Source: Convolutriloba macropyga
Lineage: Eukaryota
NCBI RefSeq assembly: GCF_964194025.1
Contig: NC_134481.1
Location: 31,062,001-31,126,000 of the forward strand
Length of the DNA stretch: 64,000 bases
Reading direction: 5' to 3'
Shown: in pieces, positions 28,701 to 42,932 of the stretch
How the letters are laid out: each line of letters begins with the position of its first letter
How positions within the stretch are numbered: position 1 is the stretch's first letter
Translations under genes and position numbers: made by a program
The notes under the pieces: generated by a model
The model's database searches: none
Told to the model about the DNA's origin: nothing
The model's input: only the letters and a program-made list of their open reading frames with translations

Positions 28701-31700
28701 AAGGTACTGTTCAACCTGTCAAAATGCTCTAGGAAACTGTCGAACGAAAACATTGTGTATACGACCTTGGAGTTGTTCCTGGTAGTCATTTGAAGTTTGC
28801 CGAGCATGTTCAACACTTAAATCAAAAGTTGAACAAGTTTATAAGTTCTTTTTATCGCTTGAAAAATTGCTGACTTTTTTACAAGTACTCTTTTAATTTA
28901 CGGTGTATGTACAAACGATTGTTCATTACGCTGTGCTTTAGTATGGAGCGGCGTGCAAAACAGCACTAGAACCTCAGTAATCTAAACTGGCTCATTTGGT
29001 TAGAATTATATGCGGTTTGTTAAAGCACGATTCAGGTCGTTCTGTGAGAGAACGGAATCAGATCTTTACTGTAAAAGAAACGTATTTGAAAGAAAGTCAT
29101 CAACGATAGTTTTGAAAACTGGGGGCCATTGTTGAAATTGAGAATGTATTACACGTGGAACCATCAAACCATCCAATAACGCAACTGGCTGTAGTTTCAA
29201 ATCTATTGGCTTAAGTGCAAAGAAATTACTCAACATCATGCTCAAGTATCATCTCAACCTTGCAAAAAGTATAAAAGCAATAAAAAGAAACGGACTAGAC
29301 AAATTTCTCTCTATTTGTGTTACATTCATTGCAATGCTGTACAACTTTCAAAATTTTACTGATCTTTATTTCTTTAAGTTTATTGTTTTTTTAGATCCAC
29401 TTTTGTCAATTAGTGGAGATTTATTATATTTTAAGAAGGATTTCTGGCCAATTACCTTTAAACTGCTTCAAGGCATCACTAGGCTAGGCTTCTTTGCAGC
29501 CTAATGATGACTTGTTGGAACTGAGTGATGATTTGTGCCGAGTGAATAACATTTCCTTAGCTTCTGAAAACTAATGTAATGTAGTGTTAATTCATAAAAA
29601 TTTAAAATCAGGCGTCACCTTATTTATTTGCCAAAATCAACATCAACATTGAGCGCAGTTTTGCAGTCGTGTAACTCTCGCAATTTGGTCTGTTTCACTT
29701 AATTCAGCGGGGAGAAAATTGGGGATGGGCAAGTCCGGATTTCAACGCGCTAAATCGGACGGAGGGGAGAGCTCCTGATGGGCAAGCGCTAAAAATGGGA
29801 GCGGAGGGATTGGTCTTGTTTCTAACCAGAGTGAAAGCTACAGTAGTTGGAGTTCCAGCACTTGCGTCCAAGTCATAGCATGAGAGCACCCCGACCACAG
29901 TGTTGGCTGCTGTCTGGTCTGTGATGCGCCCAAGTGGGAACTGGGTAGCGAAGGAGATACTGCAATCGGGAGGATTATCGTTGTCATTGGTGAATGTGTA
30001 TGTGACCTAAACCAGGTGAGAATTAAATTGGTTTACAACATGTTGAATGGTTGAAACTACAACCATGTTTAGGCCCCGAATTATCAAAAGACCACGCTCG
30101 ACTCAAATAGTCCATCAATTTACTTAAGCTCGGCCAACGTTTTTGCTGTTGGACTTCTTGAATTCAATTTTCTGAACACTTTTGGCAAAATTCGAACTGA
30201 TTTTTTATGGTATTCGACTGTTTGATGGAAAACCAATTTAGTGTTGCGTGTTAAAAAAGATAGCGGCATCAATCCCAATTTTTTTTCTCGAAATATCATA
30301 CGTTTTTTAGTGTTGATTGCGGTTAATATGGTAAATTTAATTATGATCGCCTCTAATCCTAAAGCACATGCAATGATAACGCACAATGATATACTTTGTA
30401 TAGTAAATCCCGTTATGCATCCCCCCTCCCCCAGTACGTTATGCACACCCAATCACAGACACGTGCCTTTACACAGTAAATCGCATTATGTAAAAACATG
30501 GCACGTGTGCGTCAGAAGCGGATCCGTATAATGCACGTGCTCTGTAACTGACGGCTGCACAACGTAGAGGGGGGGGGGTGGGCAGACTAAAATCAGATAC
30601 TGTTATGAGCATACCTGGACATGGTCAGTCCTTGCAGGCACTCCTCTATCACTGGCGGTTATGTAGAGTGTCTGCTGTAGCTGAGAACTGTCCATTGACT
30701 CGTAGTCAACTGGCTTCACAAGACGAATGACACCTAAGCATGCTATATAAAATAGCGGTGAATTGCGGTGAATTTTTGTAAGTTCACCGCTTACTCTAGT
30801 GGTGAAACCACATTATTTCACGGCATTCACCGCATTTCAGCGCAAAAAAATGTACGAAATTTGCGTTAAAAAATTTTTCACCGCTTATCTTACAAATTTT
30901 TTCGATTTTTCCTCGACCCGGATCAGATCAAAGCAATACTTGTATTTAATTTTAATCTATAAACTGTAAAAATTTCACCGCTATAGCTCCCCCTCCGCCG
31001 AACTCGAGATTAAAAACCAGATTTTTGACAATCGAGGGCTTATAGTTCTGGAGTATCTTGTAAAGCAGTTATTAGAATTTACGATGCAATATAGTGTTGT
31101 TTGCAATGGTTACGTGACTCTGCTTGAAGTCACTGAGAACTTCTGACGTTTATCGAGAACCGCGAAGCGGTTCGAGATATAATGTCAGAATTTCGAAGTG
31201 ACGTCTGCAGAGTCACGTAACCATTTTAAAACAAGCACTGTGCAAGTTCAGTCGGAAGCTTTGCGGAAGTGATTTTAACCGATTAAACAATCAAAATAGA
31301 ATTTTTTTCTGATTAGTGGAAAGGAGAATCACTTTCGCAGACAAATGGCTCTTTTTTTCCAAAGCACTAAAGGAACAAAACAATTTCTCAATTTCGTTGT
31401 TCTTTAATTTTTCTGTTTGATATAAAAAAAGGGCCAATTGTCCCTAAAAAATAATGACCGATGATGATTCCATTCTTGCAAAAGCAACGTGTGACAATAT
31501 TCGATGGTTGGACAATCTGTGGAAACGATGGATTCAAGTTAAAAAAGGGAAGACCCAAAGTTTTTTGGGACATCTATGGATATGATTTTTGCCATGAGTC
31601 TTGACCTAGCTGACCAATACCTTTGTCAATTGATACGAGGGATTTTTCCATTTCTCCATCCCCCAGAATTTTTTTTTGCTTTTGCAATCCCCCCCCCCGC

Positions 31701-34700
31701 CCCCACCCATCAGTACTCTCATCCTCCTGTAAACCAGTAACAGCACAATTAACATTACAGAATGAAAAACCCAAAATCAAAATCCTGTTAGGGGACAGAA
31801 TTGCATGCACCAACAAGCAGTGGCCAAAACCGGAAAAAAATTTTTCAAGAAAAGCGAACAAATAAAGGGGAGGAATATCACTCAAGCAGTCGCTACAACA
31901 TTGCAATGATGGTTCAAAAATATATCAAATAACGTGTCGATAAAACAATCAAAATAATGGAGAACAATGATTTTCATGGTTTTTGTACCAAAAAAGTTTT
32001 CATTTACTGGAGCTGTATTTTATAATTGTACAATTAATTATAAACAAAGAACGCTTTTCAGATTTTTTGGAGTCAATTTTTAAAAATTTCAATTTCTGGC
32101 TAATTATATAGGAACTTCAGGCACTTCAACTTCTGGCTAAGTATATAGGAACTTCAGGCATTTCAACTTCTGGCACTCGCGATTTTCGGCATTGTAAAAC
32201 TTGCACGTGCGTGTTTTAAATGTCATTTGGCGGTTTTACCTCAGAATCCTTCAGCTATTTTTGAAAAAAAGATCTTGATTGAGTTCATGTTAATACAGTT
32301 AATCTTACTCATGTTATAGATAGCCGGCTAATTAAACTTTCATCAATTTGAAGATGTTAAGTAATTAGAAAACAATAACTGAAGGTCTGATTTTGGGTTC
32401 TCTGGAATGACATAAGTTATATTTGGAGTCGCATAGTCTGGAAATGCAGTTTTTTTAACTTTGGAATTTTGTTTTTTGATTCTTTGGTCCCTAGCTTCTA
32501 TCTAAGCACAAGGATGCAAAGTTTGATGAATATTTTATTCTGAAAAACAGTTTGTGAAGACAATTTTTATTGTCAATAAAAATGACGGCTTTGGAAGGAC
32601 TGAGAAAGGAAAGATCAGGCAACTATGGCAATTTTTGTCAGGGTTTTTGTAGGTTTTCTATTCAGAGAGTAGTTTGCGTGATTTCAAAAATTTCAATCCT
32701 TTGAAATCTTTTCAACAGGTTTAAATATAAAAGTTGATTATTTTGTTTTTGTTTTGCTATTCGTCTGCTTAGGTCTCAGACGAGGCTCAAAAATAATGTT
32801 AAAACGAGGAAAAAGGTGCACATTAGCCATTTGAGGATTTCCAATTAAAAACTTCATTTCTTCTAGACCCTCAGCTTTAAATTCTATTTTTTTTCAAATA
32901 ATTTATAAATTGCTTACAAAAATTATATTCCAAGGAAAACTGATCCCTCAACGGATCGTTTTTTTTTGGTTGTCCTTTTCTGCCCTCAAGTTCTCCTTAT
33001 CAAGCACTTCCAGATAGAAAATTATATGTGCCAACTTTTTCCTCGGATTTTTTGTGTTTTGGTCTAATTTCGGTATCCAGTATTTATTTTGAAATGTTTA
33101 AATACTTAAAATTTTTATTTTATAGGACACTAGAAGTTCTCGACTGGCTAATCAGGAGCTACTCTATTTTTTAGAATCGACGAACAAAACTGTTCAGCAT
33201 GTTTTGCGTGAGAAATTCACAGATAAATTCACTTTCTAAACTGAGAGCAATTGATTAAATGCACAGGCATTACGTTGAGATGCAGTCAGATAGCTTGTTT
33301 TTTTTGAGATATCCTGATTTCGTCTAATATACGAATAGAATTGGGAAAAAAAATCAACTTCTGGTACAAAGGACTAAAATTTTTGAAGTTTTCGAGCTCA
33401 CTCTTTTAGTTTCCACGCATGTTTTTTCAAGTTTGTTAAGTTTTGTATCTCTAGATTTCTCAGAGTTTTCGTTAGATTTTGAACTGGCCTGCTTTTTTAA
33501 AATTTTTTGTTTTAAACAATGACACGAAATTCACTTGTCAAATCTTTTACTACGCTACATTTTTTATTTTAAATTTTGATGATGATAGCAATAATTTTGA
33601 TAAATTGAGATTAATTAAATATTTGGTCTATGATTTTCAAAATTTTCCATTTTTTTTCTCTGAATGTCAATTTAATTGTCTAGAAAAGTTATGTCTCGAA
33701 AAAAAATGCTTTGTTCAGGCAAACGTTATTAGCTTTGAATAAATCGCTGGGAATCAATAGTTTGAGAAGTCGACGGTAAATATTCGGGTGCTCATATTTT
33801 TTCGTGAAAATTTGTCCTTAATTGCTTTCGTTTCAAATTTAAACTATTTTTCTTAGTCTACTCATTCTGCCAAATTTCTGCTAAATCCGTTTGGAAAAGG
33901 AAGATTTTTACAATCAGGGCGCAAGTTGAAAAATTTATACAACGGAATTTCTTGTGATGAAGAGCTCAAGCTGGCCAAACCGCAAGAAAATTGAAATGAA
34001 ATTCTACGATAATCCCAGACTTGAACTTCATAGTTCCTCAAGGCTGAATAAAGTATTATGCTTCAATAGGAGAACTTAAATCTGTTTATAAACAATTCAA
34101 TTCAAAATCGTGTGAAATTTTTGTATGAGTAGTATCTCTTCAACATGGATCGATTAAATTTGTTGAGCTCGCTTTGAATATTATCGTCAAACATAAACGA
34201 TGTCAGTATTTTTTTTTCTTTTCATTGAGGTTTCAGCAGTAAAAACCATTTTTTTTGTAGCTAATACCTTGCAAAAAATCTGTCATCGCGTCATGTTTCC
34301 TTTAATTTGTAGATAAGTACCGCAGAAAAAATTAACTTTAGTGCACACGACTCGTTGTAAAAATTGAACATCAAACTAGCCCGACATGTAAAAACGGAGT
34401 TTTTAACTAAACTTTTTGTGTTTTAGACCGCTCTCTTTGCTCGTGATGACAAATTTCATTAATATTGACATTTTTTAGATCGTTTGCAGGATCTTTTTTT
34501 CGGAGAGAAATTTGAATTATTTTGCACTTCTCTTGCTGAAGTTTAAATCGAAGCCCTGTATTTTTTGATTGATCTCTTTTTTTTTCAATGTTTCAAGACT
34601 TTCGATATTACACATTCAACAGGTTCAATTTCGGTAGAAGTTTAAATTTCTGCAAATGTTGCAACAATCAGGTAAGTCGCTTTCAAGGCTTGATAACACA

Positions 34701-37700
34701 AATTAACTGTTCATGTATTGAAAACTTCAACCAATTATACTTGGTAATAAATTATCGTACGTATGGTGTATCCAGCTATTTCTAAATATTACAACTGCGA
34801 TGATCTTGAAGTAGTAAATCTGATAGTTCTTTTGTGGTTTTGGAACATTTGAATTTTTCAATGCCATTTGTGAACATCAGTTTTACTATCATTTGTTTTC
34901 GGGAAGTGTTTCCTTCCCGCACGAACAAATTTTTTGCTTTAATTACCCATAGAGGCCTGTGAGACTTGATGTCAAAACACTAGGCCGAAAAATTATCCTG
35001 CCTAAAATACTACGTTATCGTGGGGTTTTATTTATAAGGAGCTATTTACATGAGGGTTTATTTCTTATTAGAAACAACAGGGGGGTTCTTATAGATTGGG
35101 GATTATTTGCTAGGCCAAGAACCAGCTGCTGATATTAACACATACAAATGGATACAAATACCAGATATGAGGAACCATAACTCACTGTTTCAGAACAAAA
35201 ACCAGTGAAAATTAGGAATTTGGTTGTCTGCAGATAACTTTATGATTGTTTCATTTCTTTTTTATGGATCTTCTCCATGGTGGTTTTTAGTTGTAGCTCA
35301 GTTATAAGGTAGAACTATTTCCATTAACACTAAGCTGGAAATTGAATTACGAACATTTTTGCGTTGTCTTCTCACCCAATGAGCGGGGATGACTGAAATC
35401 CTACTACAAAAGACGCAATTGGACTGGTCGTGAATAATTGCTGCAACCCTATTGTGTGGGTTGCAGTTCTAAAATAGTCTCGAGCGATGTTTTCAGTATT
35501 TCATGAGTCACTGATGATGCATGGTGAACTGATGACAGCTTTCCGATTAACAGAAACTGATTATAAAATTCTCAACTTGAAAAAAATTTCAAAAAAAATG
35601 CTTACCTGATTGGGGTCCGATTGAAAAGAACTGGTCTCCCCCTGTCATTGAGTACCTGACCATGCCTTCTGGTGTTGAACTCTCATCCGCATCCGGACAG
35701 GAAACTGTCGCAATCACTGAAACAAAACTCTGATGCTTTATCAAAAGAGTCGGTGAATTGGTGGATCTGTTCTGCCCCCCCCCCCCCCCAGCTTAGTGGG
35801 CAAGTAGCTTTTACGCCCCCCAGGCGCATGTGCTATTTTTTACATAGTAACGTGCTAAATTACAACACAAACTTTGTAATTGGGTCCGTAAAAAGCACTG
35901 AGGGGGGGGGGGTAGAATAGATCCGCTTCGGCTAGATTTTAAACTTTGCTGCTAATCTTTTCTTGGGATATATTCCCCCGTCCCCAGTTTATTGGGCTTG
36001 TATCTTTTACGCCCCCAGGCGCACGTGCTATTTTTTTTTACTTAGTAACGTGCTATAAAACAACATGTTATTTGTAGCTGGGGGAGTAAAACACTGGGGG
36101 GGGGATTTTCTGCCTGACCTGTGTTGACAGCAGTTAATTCGGGTACAGTGGTGTCACTGAGAGCAGTACACACAGGTGCATTGCTATTGGCCTGTTGGAC
36201 CAGCACTTGCACTGTCACTGTGGTAGGAGTGGTCGAATCAGTTGCTATTATTTTGAGCGAGTAGGCACGTGTCGTCGAAAAATCCGCCTCCAAAGCTGCA
36301 ACAAAGTTCAGATTTAACTGGAGTCATCGACATAATTTCCCATCTCAGATGTGACGGGATGGTTATCTTGCAAGATCTTTCGAAACGATGGTTATCTTGA
36401 ATTCGAGTGGGGAAAAGCGCCTGCTTTTTTGGAATCCGCGATTTGCAAAAGATTTTTTTATATGAGCAGGTTAAGGCATGAGAGTCGTGAGATCTTTTTA
36501 ATCAAGCAATGAAATGAATAGTTTTGTAGATAATTTAGATCTTTAATACAAAAAGTTAGTTTAAATAACTTTGAAAATTGATCTAAATGGATGCTTTCAA
36601 TTTTTAGTTAAAAAATTACACATCATTTTTTTTCAAAATGATAAACTAATTTTATGCTTTACAGCACCAACATAGCAACTAAACGCCTCTGAAAAATGTA
36701 CAAGGCCATCAAAATGTATAAAGAGATAAATTGATCACACGCACTTGCGCCAGTTTTGACAGTGAGAGCCCCAGTGGTGCTGGACACTTGGAAACTTGAA
36801 CTGGCAGTACTGAGAGAGTAGGAAAGTGTGTCACCCGAGTTTGCATCACTGCATGAGAGAGCATCTGAGCCAATCAGAATGCTTCCAATGGCGATATTGG
36901 CTGAAGGTAGTTTAAACCGGTTTCATTTTTTTTCAGTTTTAATGAGCTGAACCAAAAATCTGTTCAATTTCACTCTGTGTATCACGTTTCAAGTCGGTTA
37001 TTGCAGTTAAGATAATTGAATGATATCATGATATTCCTTAACAAAGAAAACTAAAAAGTTCTTATTTTAATCAAACAATTTTCTTTTGACAACGTTTGAC
37101 CTCGTGTAAAAATGAAAATGAAATTTTAAGATACTTACAAAACCAATCTTAATAATAGTATAAACAAGACCTGTAATTATCCAGAGTATTTCTTGCATCT
37201 ACAAATAGAACGTCAATTATGACAAAATCAAATTAATTTACTTTTTTTTTGTGAAAAACCGGTGTCGAAGCCAGTAAGGTCATAACAAATTCTTTAAAAA
37301 AAGATTTTGGGACACAAATCCGTTTTGTTCCCTTGACACCCATAATGTCATTTTTGACCAGTAATTAACTAACGAGATTAGGTAACAAAAAGAAATATAA
37401 AAAGAACACAATTGCGAAGTTAAAAAGTTTTTTTTTTTTAATTTTGGAAAACGATTGTTTTCAAAGTCATGAAAGCCATCAGCTATCAACTAATATCAGA
37501 ATGTCGGTTCTTCTATTCTTCCATGAAAAGCCAATGAAAGCTATCACTCTACAGGAAATTTCACACGACCGAAACGACAAAGTATAAATGACAGTTAGAG
37601 ACAAAATTAAAAAATTCAATTGATTTCTTCAAGAAAGAGGCGTCGAGGCCGTTAAAACGATGATGTATGTCTTTCAAGATTTTAATATCTTCAATTGTGT

Positions 37701-40700
37701 CTTATTCTCAATGCTAATAAGGTGACATGGAACTGTCAATAATGTGATAATGTGACAAAATTAGAAAACGTGAAAAACTGGCAAATATCAAAACAAACAA
37801 AAATCTGAAATCTTGTAGTATCAAAGCCAGAAAACAATAACTTCAGGCTTAAAACTGCAACCGAGAAAAAATATTAACTCAGTAGAAAAAAGAAGCAGTC
37901 TTTCTTTGCTGACACTAAGCTGGAAGTTGAGCAAATTAAGAAAAAAATAGAGGAAAAGTTAATTAAGCCATTACTTATTTAAAAGTCAATTATTTTTAAA
38001 AAAAGAAACGACCATAAACTTTCAATTAAAAAACTAAATGCATTAACTTGGAGGTGCTTAGCAAGCGAATCGGTTGGACTTATCACTCTTGAGCTTTGAT
38101 TTGATATGTTCTGTTCTTTATTATTAAAAAAAAAGTCTTTTTTTTTTTAAAAAAAAAAGACCGACTGATTACAACCCGATTTCTTTTGGATTGTAACAGT
38201 CCAAGAATGGCCCAAAACTAGCCCTGCTAATATTTATTGTCCGTTAGGAACAATTGAGTTTTCGAATGTTGTAGATATAGATAATTTGTTAGTTGAAAAC
38301 TCAAAATAAATTCTGCATTTTTGATAATCAGCGAGTAAAGTTAGCAAAAAACGGCAAAGTTTTAACTACAGTGCACTCTCAGCGGACTCTGAAGTAGAAA
38401 TAGCCCCCCTCTGAGTCTAAAAAGATTGTATGAGTGTTGTGTGGGGGTGTACGGCAAATTTAATCAAAGTGGACCAAAGTAGCTTATTTCGTGCAGGTTT
38501 TGATGAAAAAGGCTAAATTTTGAAATGTTTATCCAGATTTTTTGACCAAAAAAATTAAATCAAAACAATCAACAATGCTTGTTCGTCTTCAAAAATGAAA
38601 TCAACGACACTATTCTTAAAAATAATAACAAATTTTACCAAAATTGACGAAAATTTAGGCAAAAATTCCGGAAAATATGAATAAAAACAACGTGAATTCA
38701 CTCTTCTTTTCTCAGAAGTTTAAACCTCGATAACTCCCTGTAGAAAACGAAAATTAAAAAAATCTTTTTAATTCCATATTCTACGCTGGACGAGCTTTCT
38801 AATGATACCAGTCTCAACTCTCTACGATGAATATATCGAGCGGCGAAAATTCACGGAACAAAAAAAAACCCAGTTGAGTATATAGTTCCTCCCCCCTCTA
38901 GAGGGTCGGAACAATAATAATTCGTAGTGCAAATATAAACCAGTTAGTCATGGAAAAACATAAAATTTACAGTACAATCGACATTACAAGGTCGCAATTA
39001 TACCTAACTGGTTTCTTTTCAAGCGCCTCGCGGAAAAGTTGTACAATTTTTGAGAAAAAAAATAAAAATTTTGGCTAAATATTCTGAGAAACCATCTTTA
39101 CACTCAAATTTAAAATCCACTGCGTTTTTTTTTTAAAAAACCAAAAATATCCAGGCGAAATGAAATATCTTTTTCTTGCCCGATATTTCACATGATTTCG
39201 CATGATTTCTCGATACTGTTCTGTATCAAAAAGGAAACCGTTCCTGGAATCGTGATCGAGAAATACTCGGGACTGCAAACAGGTGCTTTGTTGACTTCTG
39301 TGATTGTGATTGTGAGGGTGGCTTCTGAGGACGACGACCCGGCTCTGTCCACCAAACGCAGCTTCAGAGCACAGGATGTCAACGAAGCCACACTTCTCAC
39401 AACGGTCACATCTCCGTCATCCAATCCCACGTCGAAGGGACACTCTGCGAGACCTATGATCAAAAAAGAATTCGACAAGAAACTATTTTTCGGCGGTATT
39501 GTGGGTACGAGATGTGAAAAATTTTCCCCAGTGGTCGATGAACTTATGATTCAGGTAGTATCTTGCAAGCAATTTTACAGGGGAATACGTATATTTCTTG
39601 CAAGATCCTTGCAAGATTTTGAATTCAACTCACTGCAGCTGATATGACATATATAGGGACTTTTTGTTTTTAAATGTCTGTAAGTTTTTAAAATTGTGTA
39701 TAAGCTGGACAACCTGGGTTATTTTGCATTTTATAAAGGCGAAGCACAAGATAATCTTTATCCCAGATTTATTTTTATTTCTATATTTTTATTTTGAAAA
39801 ACTATCGCCGGAAGTGTCACCAAAACTCCAGTTCTGAATCAAAGAGAAAAAGAGAATCCAATTTTTGGCTCAACTTACAACATGCAGTCATTTGAAAAGC
39901 CAGCAATCCATGTGGATTGTAAACAGAGGTGGAGGTCTCGTCTGGCTCAGTGAAGGCCAGAGCAGTATTCGGGGTGACTGTATCTCCTATTGAGGCTGCT
40001 TGGGTTATTGTGGATGTGTAGGTTGTAGTGGTCCAGGCTGGGGGTCCATCATTTTTAGGTTTAACTATTACTTTGACAGTGTGCACCTGGGAATACGCCA
40101 TAAATTAACTATAAGTTGAATTTGCTTTTGAGAAATCTTTATTTATCACAAAACAATATTTTTGATTAATTATAAAACGTCAGTATCGCTGTTCACAAAA
40201 TATCGTTCAAATCGTACCTCGTAGTTTTATAAAACGTTTTGTAGGATTTGTAAATCAAGCCAGTGGTGAACCAAAAAGATCGGCGTTGGCTGCTTTCTTG
40301 TTCGCCGTTTACATAAAGGATTTTTTAGTCCAGTCTTCCTTGGCGAATATTTTTAATATGCTGACAATATAAAAACCATTGGTTCGGAAAAGCTGTAAGA
40401 ATGTCATCAATTGAACCGAACCAAAATGGACTTAAATTGAACTTAACAAAATTCAAGTTATTTCTGAAGATCCACTCTGATCATGATGACAGGCTTCGAT
40501 CAAAAGAACATTAATTTCAAAATGTAAAAATCATTAAGGGATCGTGTCGTAATTTTGTGCACTTTTTTCATAGGATCATCAAATAGATTTTTTACAGAAA
40601 AGATAAAATCAAAATCTGGCGGCCCATCATTGACGGGTGCTACCTTCCAAAGCAAAAATTAGAGTCAAGTGCATTATGAGTAAAAATTATGTCCTCTAAA

Positions 40701-42897
40701 CGCTTTACCATTGTTCCCGTGTTTGGTGCCTCAAAAACCTGAAATTAGGGCGCTTAAAATATTCATAGACCATTGTTAAAAGGTAACAGTGAACTATCTG
40801 AGTCCGAATACATACAAAATATCACTGAGCCAAATCCTCTACCAGAGCTGGTTATAGACTTGTTCTTTTGGATCAGTTTCCTTTGAGCAGACTTTCAGTA
40901 AAACAAATAGTGCTGAATCCAAAAGACTTCAGGAATCTCAGTGTCAGTGATTCCGATACACGCCCCAGAGTTCAATTTTTAGCGTAAGCCAATGGGACAA
41001 AGCAAGAGCGGCGAGGAGGAAAATGTTTTGTTTGTAATTTCAATTGTAAAAGAGCATTTTTGTTTTCCTAGTTTGTCCGGCACGCACAACTGCAAACTAG
41101 TACAATTTAGAAAAAATTAAAATTGTTATTAAAGCAAACGCTGTAAGAAAATTCAATTTTTTCCTTACAGGACTTGGTAATGAAACTGAATCTTCACATT
41201 TACGAGCAAACCAATGTATTGAGAAAAATGATTTGATATAATTAGTTTCTTTTATTATCTTTCTAGTTTTTCGTAAAACCTTTTAACGAAATTTTCAAAT
41301 TTTAATTGAAGATGTTAGAAAAACGTGCAACCGGTGGAGATTGTTTTGAGACTTAAAGAGTTTTTAAAGACTTTGCTAGGTGTAGTAAAAATATCTGGAA
41401 AAAAACGAGAAAAAATCCTTTTTATTTCCCGCTATTTACAGTTTTCAAACTTCGTGGCAACCTGGACTCAAATTACTTCATGTCTATTATTTGAATTGTA
41501 TGTAAATAACATCATAAAAACTTGCAAATTTAATAAAATATTACTTGTTGCATCTATATTCTATCATATGTGATTACTGGTGTCCCTATTCCTTTTTAAA
41601 AAGCTATTCGAAATATTTGCCACCTGGTTCTTCTTTTTTAAGTTGTTTTGGTTGAAGGGTTGTTTTTAAACTAAAGTTCTGAAGATATGGAAGGATTATT
41701 TTTACGCAATTAAAAGAAGCACGCTTCTTGGTATCAATTTGAATTATATTTCGCATTGGCTTTCTTAGCTCCGTAAACGAATTTACTTATTTTAATATTG
41801 TTAGCAATTTTCATCTTACAAAATCTATAGTTATTGTCAACTTGCTTTAATTATAAACTGCAAGGCATATATTTGTGAATAAAATTTTATTATGGAATTC
41901 TTCTATCTCTGCAACCACCGTAGACATCACATTTTTTGTAGTTGTCATCGAAGCTATTTCACGATAATACGGTAAATGATTTCAGTAGAAAATCAGCATC
42001 TCAGTCTTAATGTATTTTTTGTGCTTATGTGTTCTTAAAAAATTTTTAATTTGAGCCTTGTAACAACAAACTACAGAAATGGGTGTCATTGGAGGACCCT
42101 CTTTGTCCCATATTTAAGATACCAATTTTAAAAAGCACGGCTGGAAGATTTCAAGAAAGCTTTCTAAATGCAATCACCAAACTTTAATCTCTGAAAACAC
42201 TTTAACACAAAAGTCAACGGAATAAAACAATATTCTAGAACATGTTTTCATACGATCTGTTTTGGTGTCGGTAATTTATTTGAAGGCTAAGGCTGCTGTC
42301 TAGTCGTTAACTTTTTTTAAAAAAATCTAAGTTGACCTTAACTGGTCAAATTAAAGCACGCAAAAATTATTTCGAAAGAAAGGAAATGTCAAAGGAATGC
42401 GAACGCAAAAAGTTTAAGAGCTGGGAAGTCTTTTTTAGAAAAGTTCTTTACTTTTGACATATCATATTAACCAAGATTACCAAACAATCGCGATAGATTC
42501 AGATGTGATTTCACAAATGCAATTCACTCTAAAAAATGCCAAAATAAAAGGACTACTTTTTTTATATGAACTAGCTACTTCATTGACTATTCAGTTAGAA
42601 AAAATTCAGGCAAGGCAAAAACTAATGGAACAAAAGAAAAGTTTTCTCATACAAACGGATGAAATCTATCGAAGCTCTCAATTTAAAAACTTATTTTCAA
42701 CTAACTGAGGGATATCGTTTATGTTACAATGACCAGCAATGTCATAAGCAACACTTATAAAAACTCGAAGGCAAGTTATCATTGGGAGAGGCAACGAAAC
42801 ACAAATTGCACAACATTCCTTCATTTTTTCACCAATGGCCCTCGAATACTGTTTTGATTGAATACTTTTGAATTCACTTTATGCGATAAAATCTAAA

Positions 42898-42932
<35 letters not shown>

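Noticed and set aside
31388-31573. Possible Tc1/mariner transposase relic (…CFCKNGIIIGHYF…)
   Set aside because: Only a short, weak resemblance; no DDE triad or TIRs identified by eye.
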